This document shows positions 29,803-38,722 of a stretch of DNA of 64,000 nt, one piece after another; position 1 is the first letter of the stretch, and every line of letters starts with the position of its first letter. The notes under the pieces were generated by a model. The model was given only the letters and a program-made list of their open reading frames with translations, had not been told where the DNA came from and did no database searches. The translations under genes and the position numbers were made by a program. The DNA comes from Deinococcales bacterium (GTDB taxonomy: Bacteria; Deinococcota; Deinococci; Deinococcales; JAAFIG01): assembly GCA_031414595.1 (NCBI GenBank), contig JANNVX010000109.1, forward strand, positions 1 to 64,000, read 5' to 3'.

Positions 29803-31100
29803 AAGAACTCCTTGCTACGGCGGGTGGTCGCACCTTTTTAACGATGTGGCTTGGACAGAGCATTTCTGGTTTTGGCTCGAGACTGACGATTTTTGCCTTT
29901 GGCATTTGGTTGTACAAAGAAACGGGTTTGGCGACACCGCTTTATTTAACGGCTTTGGCGGGTTTTTTACCGGGCGTGCTGCTCGCGCCTATTGCTGGGG
30001 TGATTGTTGATCGTACCGACCGCCGTACTGTGATGATTTTGGTTAATTGTGTTCATACCGTGGTGACACTGGCACAGTTTTTTGTCATCTCGAGTGGACA
30101 GACCAATTTGCCAATTATTCTTGGGCTGCTGGCAATTTCTAGTGCCGCCGAAACGTTTCAGTGGCCAGCCGAATCCTCGAGCATGAGTGTGCTTGTGCCA
30201 CCAAGTCAACTTGGTCAAGCCAATGGTCTGTACGCAATGATGGGCGGAGCAGGGGATTTAATCGCCCCGATTGCTGGGGCGTTACTGGTCTCGAGTATTG
30301 GTATCGCTGGGATTTTACTGATTGACCTTGCCAGTTTTGCATTTGAGTTCTTGACGCTGTTTGTGATTCGGATTCCACCTCCAACTCAGTCGGTTATCGG
30401 CTCAAAGATGCAGGGCGGGGTGTTGGCTCAAGCCAGAGATGGTTTTAAGTTCATCACCTCGAGACCGGGGTTATTTAGTTTGCTGATTACTTTTTCGGGC
30501 GTGAATTTTCTGCTTGGAATTATCCAAAATCTTCAAGTGCCTCTGATTTTATCGCGAAGCACTGACCCAAGTGCGGTTGGTGTTATCGCCTCGAGTTTTG
30601 GCGTGGGGGTCTTGTTGGGGGGATTTTACATGACCAGCACGGGCGGTTTGCGTCCTCGAGTCCATGGGGTTTTTGCTGGGATTGGTTTTTCTGGCTTGCT
30701 TGGTACGGCTTTATTTGGTGTGGCGCAGAGTATTCCAATTTGGATGTTGGCTAATTTCTTTTTTGGTTTTCTGATGCCTGTCTTAAACGGCTCGAGTCAG
30801 AGTATTTGGCAGTCTAAAACTCCACCAGATATTCAAGGCAGGGTTTTTGCGGCGCGGCGGCAAATCGCCCAGATTACCAGTCCAATGGCATTTATTATTG
30901 CGGGTCCACTGGCAGATTTGGTTTTTAAGCCGTATTTTGCCACAGCCGATGCTTGGACTTGGTTGCTTGGTGGCTCGAGCGGACGTGGTTACGCAGCGAT
31001 GTTCCTCATTTTTGGTTTTCTGACTTGCGCTTGGGGTTTTGCTGGGTATTTTCGTCCTGCGGCTCGCAATGTCGAACGTGATATTCCAGATGCGGTTTGA
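29799..31100 (+). CDS. MFS transporter (MefA/DHA3-like)
   Basis: WLGQSISGFGS, AGVIVDRTDRR, WQSKTPPDIQGRVFA; about 12 hydrophobic segments. Confidence 0.9.
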   Translation: MKELLATAGGRTFLTMWLGQSISGFGSRLTIFAFGIWLYKETGLATPLYLTALAGFLPGVLLAPIAGVIVDRTDRRTVMILVNCVHTVVTLAQFFVISSGQTNLPIILGLLAISSAAETFQWPAESSSMSVLVPPSQLGQANGLYAMMGGAGDLIAPIAGALLVSSIGIAGILLIDLASFAFEFLTLFVIRIPPPTQSVIGSKMQGGVLAQARDGFKFITSRPGLFSLLITFSGVNFLLGIIQNLQVPLILSRSTDPSAVGVIASSFGVGVLLGGFYMTSTGGLRPRVHGVFAGIGFSGLLGTALFGVAQSIPIWMLANFFFGFLMPVLNGSSQSIWQSKTPPDIQGRVFAARRQIAQITSPMAFIIAGPLADLVFKPYFATADAWTWLLGGSSGRGYAAMFLIFGFLTCAWGFAGYFRPAARNVERDIPDAV

Positions 31101-31136
31101 AATGTATTCATCATTTTGATTGTGTAGACTTTGCGT

Positions 31137-31774
31137 ATGGCATACAGCAATTTTACACTACAAGAAGTGCTGAAAAAATTTGACCTTAAACTCGAGGAAA
31201 GCCGTAATTTGTTTGCAGATGTCACACCTCGAGTACCCACGGCACTTTTGACTGCATGGCTCGAGCAAAAAATTCCTTTGGCATTGACACTTTCTACCGA
31301 AAAAGCCCGTAGTGAATTTATTATTGCCCCAATTCTCGCGAGGTTCGTGAATTGTTGGGTAAACGATTTTCGTTGTTTTCGGGAATAGATTTTACGGTTG
31401 ACTCGAGTCTAGGCTTAAATGGCGAGTGTGATTTTTTGTTTTCTAAGTCGCCAGAGCAATTGGTTTTACTTGCACCTGTGGTTAGTGTGGTTGAGGCGAT
31501 TCCGCCCGAAGGTGCGTCTTGGAATCAAGAAGCTAAAAATGAGAGTTTTAGGAACGGTTTAGCTCAGGCTTGCGCCGAAATGCTGGCGGCTCGGGTTTTT
31601 AATGAACGCGAAGAGCATCCACTCGAGCGGGTTTTTGGAGCAGTGACCACAGGTGATGATTGGCAATTTTTAATCCTCGAGGGAAATACATTATTTGTGG
31701 GTAGTAAACGCTACCACCTAGAAGAACTCCCACAAATTCTAGGAATTTTTTGCCATATGCTCGAGACAGCTTGA
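31137..31774 (+). pseudogene. Frameshifted conserved hypothetical protein (MAYSNFTL... family, PD-(D/E)xK-like) with a 36-nt insertion
   Basis: ORFs 31131-31388 and 31352-31774 join as EKARSEFIIAPIL / EVRELLGKRFSLFSG...GECDF...VEAK...GAVTTGDDWQF if one base is restored near 31339. Confidence 0.7.
31496..31531 (+). mobile_element. 36-nt small hairpin element inserted in frame
   Basis: gcgattccgcccgaaggtgcgtcttggaatcaagaa; same GCGA...GCCCG..AGGTGC...TCAAGAA frame as the copies at 29505 and 33545. Confidence 0.7.
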
Positions 31775-31970
31775 CGCGCTTTTGCTTATGACGTTTGTTA
31801 TTCTCGAGACTTCACTTTTTTCTAATTTTTTTTACATAAAATCCTCATGCTGTATACTTATTGCCTTTTGAAGTAAAACTGTGTTGTATGGGACATTCTG
31901 GGTTTGACCTTAGCGGCTTACACCACTAAAATGAGACGCTTATCGTTATTATCTTAGAGGAGGCTGGAAA

Positions 31971-32363
31971 GTGGATTACACAACAGAGGTGACAGGTGCG
32001 TTGTACATTGGTCTGTTTGCGTTGATTGGGGCGGGAATTGTTTATATCACGCTCGAGATTGCAAAGTTGGCGTTTTTTTATGCAGGGTCGCGGCGATTCG
32101 GCGGCAATAAAGCTAAGGATTCGGTTTACGAATGTGGTATGGAAACCATTGGCGATACCAATGTGCAATTCAATTTGAATTACTACTTGTTTGCCATGCT
32201 TTTTGTGATTTTTGATGTCGAAGCTGCACTGCTCTATCCGTGGGCTGTGGCATTCGATACTCTTGGGGTCGGTGGTTTACTTGCCGTGCTGTCTTTCTTG
32301 GTGATTTTGTTCCTTGGGTTTTTATACGCACTTCGTAAAGGAGCATTAAAATGGGTTTACTAG
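31971..32363 (+). CDS. nuoA: NADH-quinone oxidoreductase subunit A
   Basis: [30 protein letters not shown]. Confidence 0.95.
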   Translation: MDYTTEVTGALYIGLFALIGAGIVYITLEIAKLAFFYAGSRRFGGNKAKDSVYECGMETIGDTNVQFNLNYYLFAMLFVIFDVEAALLYPWAVAFDTLGVGGLLAVLSFLVILFLGFLYALRKGALKWVY

Positions 32364-32902
32364 GCACGCAAGCTCGTCCGGATAACGTTATTCTTGGTTC
32401 GCTTGATGATTTAATTAACCTCTCTCGTTCGAGAAGTTTATGGCCCTTAACTTTTGGTATTGCTTGCTGTGCCATCGAAATGATGAACTCGAGCGCCACC
32501 CGTTACGACATGGATCGTTTTGGCGTTTTTTACCGCAATACGCCGCGTCAAGCCGATGTGATGATTGTCTCGGGGACGGTTAATAAAAAAATGGGTAAGG
32601 TCGTGCGTCAACTTTGGGAGCAAATGTCCGAGCCTAAATGGGTCATCAGCATGGGCGCATGTGCCAACCAAGGTGGACCATTTCGCCAAGGCTATAGCGT
32701 GGTTGAAGGGGTAGACAAAATTATCCCCGTAGATATTTATGTTCCCGGTTGCCCGCCGCGTCCCGAAGCCCTGATGCAAGCCCTGCTTTTGCTGCGAGAC
32801 AAAATCGCTGACCCTGCGGCGCGTTATGTGCCGGGGACAATGATGGATGCTGATTTTGACCCACTCGCTGAACCCGGTCATGATGGACGGGTGTTGTTGT
32901 GA
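32351..32902 (+). CDS. nuoB: NADH-quinone oxidoreductase subunit B
   Basis: [30 protein letters not shown]. Confidence 0.97.
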   Translation: MGLLGTQARPDNVILGSLDDLINLSRSRSLWPLTFGIACCAIEMMNSSATRYDMDRFGVFYRNTPRQADVMIVSGTVNKKMGKVVRQLWEQMSEPKWVISMGACANQGGPFRQGYSVVEGVDKIIPVDIYVPGCPPRPEALMQALLLLRDKIADPAARYVPGTMMDADFDPLAEPGHDGRVLL

Positions 32903-33873
32903 GCCAACCCTCATCCGCTCCAATTGCTCCAGCTAAAATCTGGCATATCCCACTGCTCGAGTCCGACAAGATAGAAAATCTGATAGCTGGCTTAAAAGCT
33001 CGAGCCGAAACACTGTTTGACACGATTCAAATTACTGTTGCTCTCGAGGATTACCGCACCCTATGTGAACGCCTCTTCAAAGCTGGTTTTGATTTTCCGC
33101 AAAGCATGAGCGGTACAGATTTTGAATGGGGTTTAGGGGTTGCGTTGCAACTGCAACAACTCGAGTCCAAACGCAAAGTCACGGTGCGGACGTACTGCAC
33201 CTATCAAAATGCCCATGTCCCAACTGTTTCTGACCTTTGGGGAGGCGTAGATTGGCACGAACGCGAAGCCTATGACCTTGTGGGCATTATTTTTGATGGT
33301 CATGAAGACTCGATAAATGGTCATCCACGCCGAATTCTGCTCGAGGATCATTGGACGATTCACCCACTGCAAAAGCGCTATAACACCCGTGGCTACTTAA
33401 TCCATGGCTGGACAGAAAAACCATTCCCAACTCCAGCCCCGTGGGAAGAAGGTTTCCAATCCTTCTCTAGCGCTCCTGTGGCTGTTGCTCACGTTGCCCC
33501 ACCCGCGCCGAAAATTGTTCCTGTCGTTGCCGTAGGGGCGAGGCTTCTTGACCCTAAAGCAGCACCTGACGGGCTTGGGTCGCACGCCTCGCCCGACCCC
33601 GCCGAAGCCCCCGCTCCTAAAGCCGAAGCTGCCCCAGTCGTCTCGAGTGACCCACCAAAGAAAGTCGCTAAAAAATGGGTTCCAAAAGGCGAAGCCGCGC
33701 CAATTGTTACCGAAGCCGCCCCTGAAGCTGCCTCGAGTGAACCCGTGCCTGTTGTCTCGAGTGAACCTGCGCCCGTCGTTTCGAGTCCAGAAGTTGTTGC
33801 CGTCTCGAGTCCAGAAGCCGCCCCAGAAGAAAAACCCCGCAATCCTAAAATTAAGCGTTGGGAACCCAGATAA
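32899..33873 (+). CDS. nuoC: NADH-quinone oxidoreductase subunit C with long Pro/Ala/Glu-rich tail
   Basis: [26 protein letters not shown]...RRILL...HPL. Confidence 0.93.
   Translation: MSQPSSAPIAPAKIWHIPLLESDKIENLIAGLKARAETLFDTIQITVALEDYRTLCERLFKAGFDFPQSMSGTDFEWGLGVALQLQQLESKRKVTVRTYCTYQNAHVPTVSDLWGGVDWHEREAYDLVGIIFDGHEDSINGHPRRILLEDHWTIHPLQKRYNTRGYLIHGWTEKPFPTPAPWEEGFQSFSSAPVAVAHVAPPAPKIVPVVAVGARLLDPKAAPDGLGSHASPDPAEAPAPKAEAAPVVSSDPPKKVAKKWVPKGEAAPIVTEAAPEAASSEPVPVVSSEPAPVVSSPEVVAVSSPEAAPEEKPRNPKIKRWEPR
33532..33594 (+). repeat. REP inside nuoC, interrupted by a 39-nt small hairpin element (33545-33583)
   Basis: gtaggggcgaggc[ttcttgaccctaaagcagcacctgacgggcttgggtcgc]acgcctcgccc. Confidence 0.85.
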
Positions 33874-33885
33874 AGGAGGGATGAT

Positions 33886-35067
33886 ATGACCGCAGTCGCA
33901 GATAAACCGAATAATGCTCGTAATACGTCCGGTTCTGTCATGAACCCGACGACAGTTGAACGGGTCGCGGGTCGCTCGGACGAGATGCTTCTCAACCTTG
34001 GACCACAACACCCAGCCACCCACGGTGTACTTCGAGTTCTTATGGGTGTGGATGGCGAACGTGTCACCAAGGCAATTCCACACATTGGGTACTTGCATCG
34101 CAACCATGAAAAACTCGAGGAAGTGCGTACTTATCCGATGTGTATTCCCTATACCGACCGCATGGATTACGTGTCGGGAATGCAGAACGAATTGCCATTG
34201 TGTTTGGCGGTAGAGGAGATGCTAGGTATCGAAGTCCCAGAACGCGCCAAATATGTGCGAACGATTTTATTTGAACTAAGCCGTATTGCGAGTCACATGG
34301 TCTGGATTGGCACATACATGCTCGACCTTGGGGCAATTACTCCGTTTTTATATGCGTTTCGTGACCGCGAAATGATTCTCGACATCATCGAAGAAACGGC
34401 TGGGGCGCGGTTATTACCAAATTATTTCACCTATGGCGGTGTGCGCCGTGACCATCATCCGCGCATGATGCAGGACATTCTCGAGTTCCTGACGTGGTTT
34501 GAGCGTAAGCTCCCAGAGTACGAAGCCCTGACCATTGATGCACCAGTCTTCCAAGCCCGTACCGTTGGTGTTGGTGTGCTAGACCCGCAATTGGCGCTCA
34601 ATCATGGTGTGACCGGACCAAACCTGCGTGGTAGCGGTATCGGCTGGGATTTACGCCGCGACGACCCATATGATGCCTACCCACATTTGGATTTCGAGGT
34701 CTGTGTGGAGTACGGCTGCGATGCCTACTCAAGAAGCCGCGCTCGTTTTCGTGAATTCCGCGAGAGCATTAAAATTATTCGTCAAGCTGTTAATCAGTGT
34801 CCAAAAGGCGGCGCGTACTTACCAAAACTGCCGCGTCTTAAACCCGTGGCTGGTATGGAACGTTACCGCGCTGTGGAAATCTCGAGGGGACATCTTGGGG
34901 TGCATATTGTGGCCGACGGTTCAGAAAAACCGTGGCGTGTTAAGCACCGCAGCCCGAGTTTCTGCACCTTGCAAGCCTTAGCGGACATGGCTGTGGGTTC
35001 TAAATTCTCGGATGCAATCGCTATTCTTGGCAGCATTGACATTGTTCTAGGGGAGATTGACCGATGA
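33886..35067 (+). CDS. nuoD: NADH-quinone oxidoreductase subunit D
   Basis: NLGPQHPATHGVLR, GYLHR, DRMDY, GSIDIVLGEIDR. Confidence 0.97.
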   Translation: MTAVADKPNNARNTSGSVMNPTTVERVAGRSDEMLLNLGPQHPATHGVLRVLMGVDGERVTKAIPHIGYLHRNHEKLEEVRTYPMCIPYTDRMDYVSGMQNELPLCLAVEEMLGIEVPERAKYVRTILFELSRIASHMVWIGTYMLDLGAITPFLYAFRDREMILDIIEETAGARLLPNYFTYGGVRRDHHPRMMQDILEFLTWFERKLPEYEALTIDAPVFQARTVGVGVLDPQLALNHGVTGPNLRGSGIGWDLRRDDPYDAYPHLDFEVCVEYGCDAYSRSRARFREFRESIKIIRQAVNQCPKGGAYLPKLPRLKPVAGMERYRAVEISRGHLGVHIVADGSEKPWRVKHRSPSFCTLQALADMAVGSKFSDAIAILGSIDIVLGEIDR

Positions 35068-36689
35068 GTATTTATGAAAACAAAGAAGCTCGGTTGCCGC
35101 TCGAGCGTGTCTCTGTGCCTACCGATAAGCATTACAGAATGCGAATGAAGCATCACGGGTTACTGAACGCCAATCCGCGTAAATCGGGTTTGTTGGCGGC
35201 GATTATTGGTTATGCGCTCTTGTTTGGCGCTGCCCACGGTGTGTTAATTCTGGCATTTCAAGTCATTCCAGCACTTTTGACCAACGGCTTACCGTTCCCA
35301 TGGACTGGTTTTGGTCTCGAGAAGAACAGTTTTTGGTTTAACGTCATTTACGGGCTGCTTGCCCCAGTCTTGGCGTTTTTATTTATCGCTGTGGTGGCAT
35401 TGATTAACATCCTCATGCTGCGTAAGTACCTCGCTAAAGTTCAGAACCGTTATGGACCTCTGCACAACGGACCCTCGGGCAGTTTACAAACGGTTTACGA
35501 CGCGCTCAAACTGGTTTCTAAAGAAGATTACACCCCCAAAATGGTTGAGGAAACAATTTTCACCCTTGCCCCAGTCCTCGTTTTTGTTTCTGCCTTTTTA
35601 CTGATGGCAGTGATACCATTTGCCCCCGGTTGGGTCTTTGCCAATGTCGAAGCTGGCGCAATTTTTATTATTGCGGCGGGTACGCTCGGCGGGTACGGTG
35701 TGCTGCTGGCGGGTTGGAGCATGAACAACAAGTACGGTTTGATGGGTGGCTTACGAGCCGCAGCGCAGCTTGTCAGTTACGAAGTGCCGCTTTCGATTAG
35801 CTTGCTTTCGGTCTGTGTCTACGCGGGCAGCATGAACCTTAGTAAAATTGTCGAAGCCCAACAAAGCCTGTGGTTTGCGATTCCGCTCTTTATTCCTTTC
35901 GTAATTTATTTAATCGCAGGTCTTGCCGAACTTAAAATGACTCCGTTTGACCTCCCAGAAGCCGAATCTGAACTTGTGGCTGGTTTTAACACCGAGTACG
36001 GCGGAATGCGTTTCGGATTTTTCTTTGTGGCAGAATTTGCCGAACTTTACCTTCTTCCAGCGTTGATGGCGGTGTTCTTTTTAGGTGGTTGGAATGCTCC
36101 TTCTATTCCAGCACCAACAGGGACTTTTCTTAACACTTGGTCTGGAGGTGCGCCTACCCTAGAACTTGTACTAAAGGCAAATCCAATGGCGGGTGACTTA
36201 AATGCTGATTATATTGTCAATCAAGAAGATTTGACTGCTTTCTCGGCAGCAGAGGTAGATGGCAAAAAGTTACCCAAGTGGCGATTGGATATTACTCGAG
36301 ATGGTTCAGTTGATTCCAAAGATAGTGAATTTATTTCACGCGAAATTGCCACCAATCCCAAGCCAACCTTATGGCAGCTACTATTTGGACCCGGAAGTTT
36401 AATTCTCAATAGTATTTATGCTCTGATTTTTCTAGTTAAAGGCGCAGCAGGAGTCTATTTCTACATGTGGATTCGTGCCACACTGCCCCGTTTCCGTGAT
36501 GACCAGTTAATGGAACTCTGCTGGAAGGGTTTAATCCCACTTTCTTTAGTTGGATTGTTGCTGGCAGCCGTCTCGAGACTGATTCCAGCCGTTGGGATTA
36601 CTATTTCGATATTGGTGGGCGGAACATTCATTGTGATGATTGCACGCGGGGCATTCTTCCCCACCTCGAGTAAGCAGGTGAAAGCATGA
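35064..36689 (+). CDS. nuoH: NADH-quinone oxidoreductase subunit H with N-terminal extension and internal dockerin-like insert
   Basis: QNRYGP, DALKLVSKE, GGLRAAAQLVSYE, PFDLPEAESELVAGFNTEY, WIRATLPRFRDDQLM. Confidence 0.95.
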   Translation: MSIYENKEARLPLERVSVPTDKHYRMRMKHHGLLNANPRKSGLLAAIIGYALLFGAAHGVLILAFQVIPALLTNGLPFPWTGFGLEKNSFWFNVIYGLLAPVLAFLFIAVVALINILMLRKYLAKVQNRYGPLHNGPSGSLQTVYDALKLVSKEDYTPKMVEETIFTLAPVLVFVSAFLLMAVIPFAPGWVFANVEAGAIFIIAAGTLGGYGVLLAGWSMNNKYGLMGGLRAAAQLVSYEVPLSISLLSVCVYAGSMNLSKIVEAQQSLWFAIPLFIPFVIYLIAGLAELKMTPFDLPEAESELVAGFNTEYGGMRFGFFFVAEFAELYLLPALMAVFFLGGWNAPSIPAPTGTFLNTWSGGAPTLELVLKANPMAGDLNADYIVNQEDLTAFSAAEVDGKKLPKWRLDITRDGSVDSKDSEFISREIATNPKPTLWQLLFGPGSLILNSIYALIFLVKGAAGVYFYMWIRATLPRFRDDQLMELCWKGLIPLSLVGLLLAAVSRLIPAVGITISILVGGTFIVMIARGAFFPTSSKQVKA

Positions 36690-37741
36690 GTCTCTTAAAA
36701 GATATTTGGAATGCGGTATCTGGTGTTGGTAAGGGCATGGAAAAGGTCTACGATGAACAATTCGATCCGATTTTCACCGAAATGTACCCATTTGACATGC
36801 CAAAACTGCCGCCAACCAGTGTCCAGAGTTTGGCACTGATTAAAAACGAGGATGGCTCAGACAGGTGCGTGTCTTGCTTAGCCTGTGAAAAAGTCTGCCC
36901 AAGCCAAGTGATTACCATTGAGCGCAAGAAAAACCCTGCTGGTAAAGGCTTTGTTCTCGAGCGTTTCGACATTGATTTGGTCAACTGCATGTACTGCGCG
37001 GCTTGTGTCGAATCCTGCCCAGCCTCGGCAATTGTCACGATTCAAGACTTTGAATTGTCTACCCCGAATCTGCAAACCCTAAAAGCCGATAAGGACTTCC
37101 TCGATTTCCAAGGCATTCGCGCTCAGCAGTGGTACAGCCCGAAAATTGGGGTCGAGTACCGCGAAAATGTCACCTCGAGTAATGTCCACGGAGCAATTGT
37201 TAAAGCCCCATTGATTGACCAACCCGGCGGCGCTGCTGAATATGAAAAATTAAAAGCGGCTGGCACAGAAATCCCTGTCAATAATGCCCGTCGTCCGGCT
37301 AACGCCATGTCTGAGCTTTCCATTCTCGAGTACAAACAATTAAAGCATGAGCCAATCAGTGCCACAGCCGCCAAACTCGAGTCAAAACCAGTTTCAGTCA
37401 ATATCCCTGTCAACATCCCCGCCCCAGTCCTCGAGACTGTGGCTGTGTTATCTGCATCTGTCGCCTCATCTGCCCCAAAATCCAAGAAAATCAAACGTTG
37501 GGGAGAACCTGCTTCCGAAGAATCCACCCTACCCGCCGTTGCCCCCGAACCCGTAGGGGCGAGGCATGCCTCGCCCGACCCCGCCGAAGCCCCCCTGCCG
37601 AAAGCCGAAGCTGTTGCCGTTGCCCCAGTCTCGAGTCCAGAACCAGCCGTCTCGAGTGCCGAAGTCCCAGTCTCGAGTGCCGAACCAGCCGAAGAAAAAC
37701 CAAAAAATCCCAAAATTAAGCGTTGGGAGCCTAAATCATGA
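36686..37741 (+). CDS. nuoI: NADH-quinone oxidoreductase subunit I with long C-terminal tail
   Basis: Two 4Fe-4S motifs CVSCLACEKVCP and CMYCAACVESCP; position between nuoH and nuoJ. Confidence 0.93.
   Translation: MSLLKDIWNAVSGVGKGMEKVYDEQFDPIFTEMYPFDMPKLPPTSVQSLALIKNEDGSDRCVSCLACEKVCPSQVITIERKKNPAGKGFVLERFDIDLVNCMYCAACVESCPASAIVTIQDFELSTPNLQTLKADKDFLDFQGIRAQQWYSPKIGVEYRENVTSSNVHGAIVKAPLIDQPGGAAEYEKLKAAGTEIPVNNARRPANAMSELSILEYKQLKHEPISATAAKLESKPVSVNIPVNIPAPVLETVAVLSASVASSAPKSKKIKRWGEPASEESTLPAVAPEPVGARHASPDPAEAPLPKAEAVAVAPVSSPEPAVSSAEVPVSSAEPAEEKPKNPKIKRWEPKS
37553..37576 (+). repeat. Intact REP inside nuoI (translated as VGARHASP)
   Basis: gtaggggcgaggcatgcctcgccc. Confidence 0.85.
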
Positions 37742-38358
37742 CCGAAGTCAATACTGTTTTCTTTTATTTGGTTGCCCTTGGCATTTTATCCACGGCAATC
37801 TACGCGGTGGCGAGTCCTAAGCTACTAAACGCGGCTGTTTCCCTTGCCTTGTCATTTTTTGCCGTTGGTGGTTTGTATTTCATGCTCGGGAACGGTTTCT
37901 TGGGCATGTTGCAAATTTTAATTAACGCTGGTGCAATTCCAATCGTCACGGTTTTTATTATCATGATGACCCAATCGCGGCGTATCCGCTTGCGTTCTAA
38001 TTTGAATGTCGCCGCAGCCCTTCTAGCAATTGTGGTCTTGGCAGGTAGCCTCTGGTCATTTTGGAATAGATACCAAGGTTCGGCAGCCACCCAAGGTAAG
38101 CAGATAACGTCAACGCCAACTTCTGAACTGGGTGTGAAGTTGCTCAGTGCCGATGGTACATTACTCGCCTTTGAACTTGCTTCGGTGCTGCTGCTTCTAG
38201 CCATGGTTGGTGCAATTGTCCTGACCAAGCGTGACGGCGAAACGATTAAAGGTGATGTCGGTGTGTTGTCCGATGTCGCTTTACCTGTGACGGGTGGAGA
38301 GCTTTCTCGTCCAGCCGCAACCATCGAACGAGCCTCAAAACAGGAGGTGGTTTCGTGA
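37738..38358 (+). CDS. nuoJ: NADH-quinone oxidoreductase subunit J
   Basis: LQILINAGAI, AFELASVLLLLAMVGAIVL. Confidence 0.92.
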   Translation: MTEVNTVFFYLVALGILSTAIYAVASPKLLNAAVSLALSFFAVGGLYFMLGNGFLGMLQILINAGAIPIVTVFIIMMTQSRRIRLRSNLNVAAALLAIVVLAGSLWSFWNRYQGSAATQGKQITSTPTSELGVKLLSADGTLLAFELASVLLLLAMVGAIVLTKRDGETIKGDVGVLSDVALPVTGGELSRPAATIERASKQEVVS

Positions 38359-38711
38359 ATCTCGAGTCAATTCTTGCCCCAATTCGTTCCTTTGCTAATT
38401 CTGGTATTTCAGTCAATCACTTTATTGCCCTTGCGATGCTGCTGTTCTTGGTTGGTTTATATGGTGTTTTAACCCGTCGCAATATCGTGGCAATTTTAAT
38501 GAGTGTTGAAATTATGCTCAACGCCGCCATGCTGGTGTTTGTAGCGGCGGCTGCTTACAGCGGTGATGCCACCAAAACGGGTCCACTATTTGCGCTTTTT
38601 ATCGTTGCCATTGCTGCCGCCGAGGTTGCTGTGGGTCTCGCCATTTTTATCAATGTCTTTAGAAGTAAGGGTGGCGTAACCACCGAAGACTTGATGGAAA
38701 TGAAGAATTAA
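38355..38711 (+). CDS. nuoK: NADH-quinone oxidoreductase subunit K
   Basis: RRNIVAILMSVEIMLNA, IAAAEVAVGLA. Confidence 0.95.
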   Translation: MNLESILAPIRSFANSGISVNHFIALAMLLFLVGLYGVLTRRNIVAILMSVEIMLNAAMLVFVAAAAYSGDATKTGPLFALFIVAIAAAEVAVGLAIFINVFRSKGGVTTEDLMEMKN

Positions 38712-38722
38712 AGGAGGGGAAA

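Noticed and set aside
33397-34107. Long antisense ORFs over the nuoC tail (and similarly 37123-37713 over nuoI)
   Set aside because: Shadow frames of low-complexity, stop-poor sequence with no independent motif or start signal
32351-35067. nuoB/C/D as a group 4 [NiFe]-hydrogenase
   Set aside because: NuoD lacks the N- and C-terminal CxxC Ni-binding motifs (it ends DIVLGEIDR) and NuoB has the complex I CC motif
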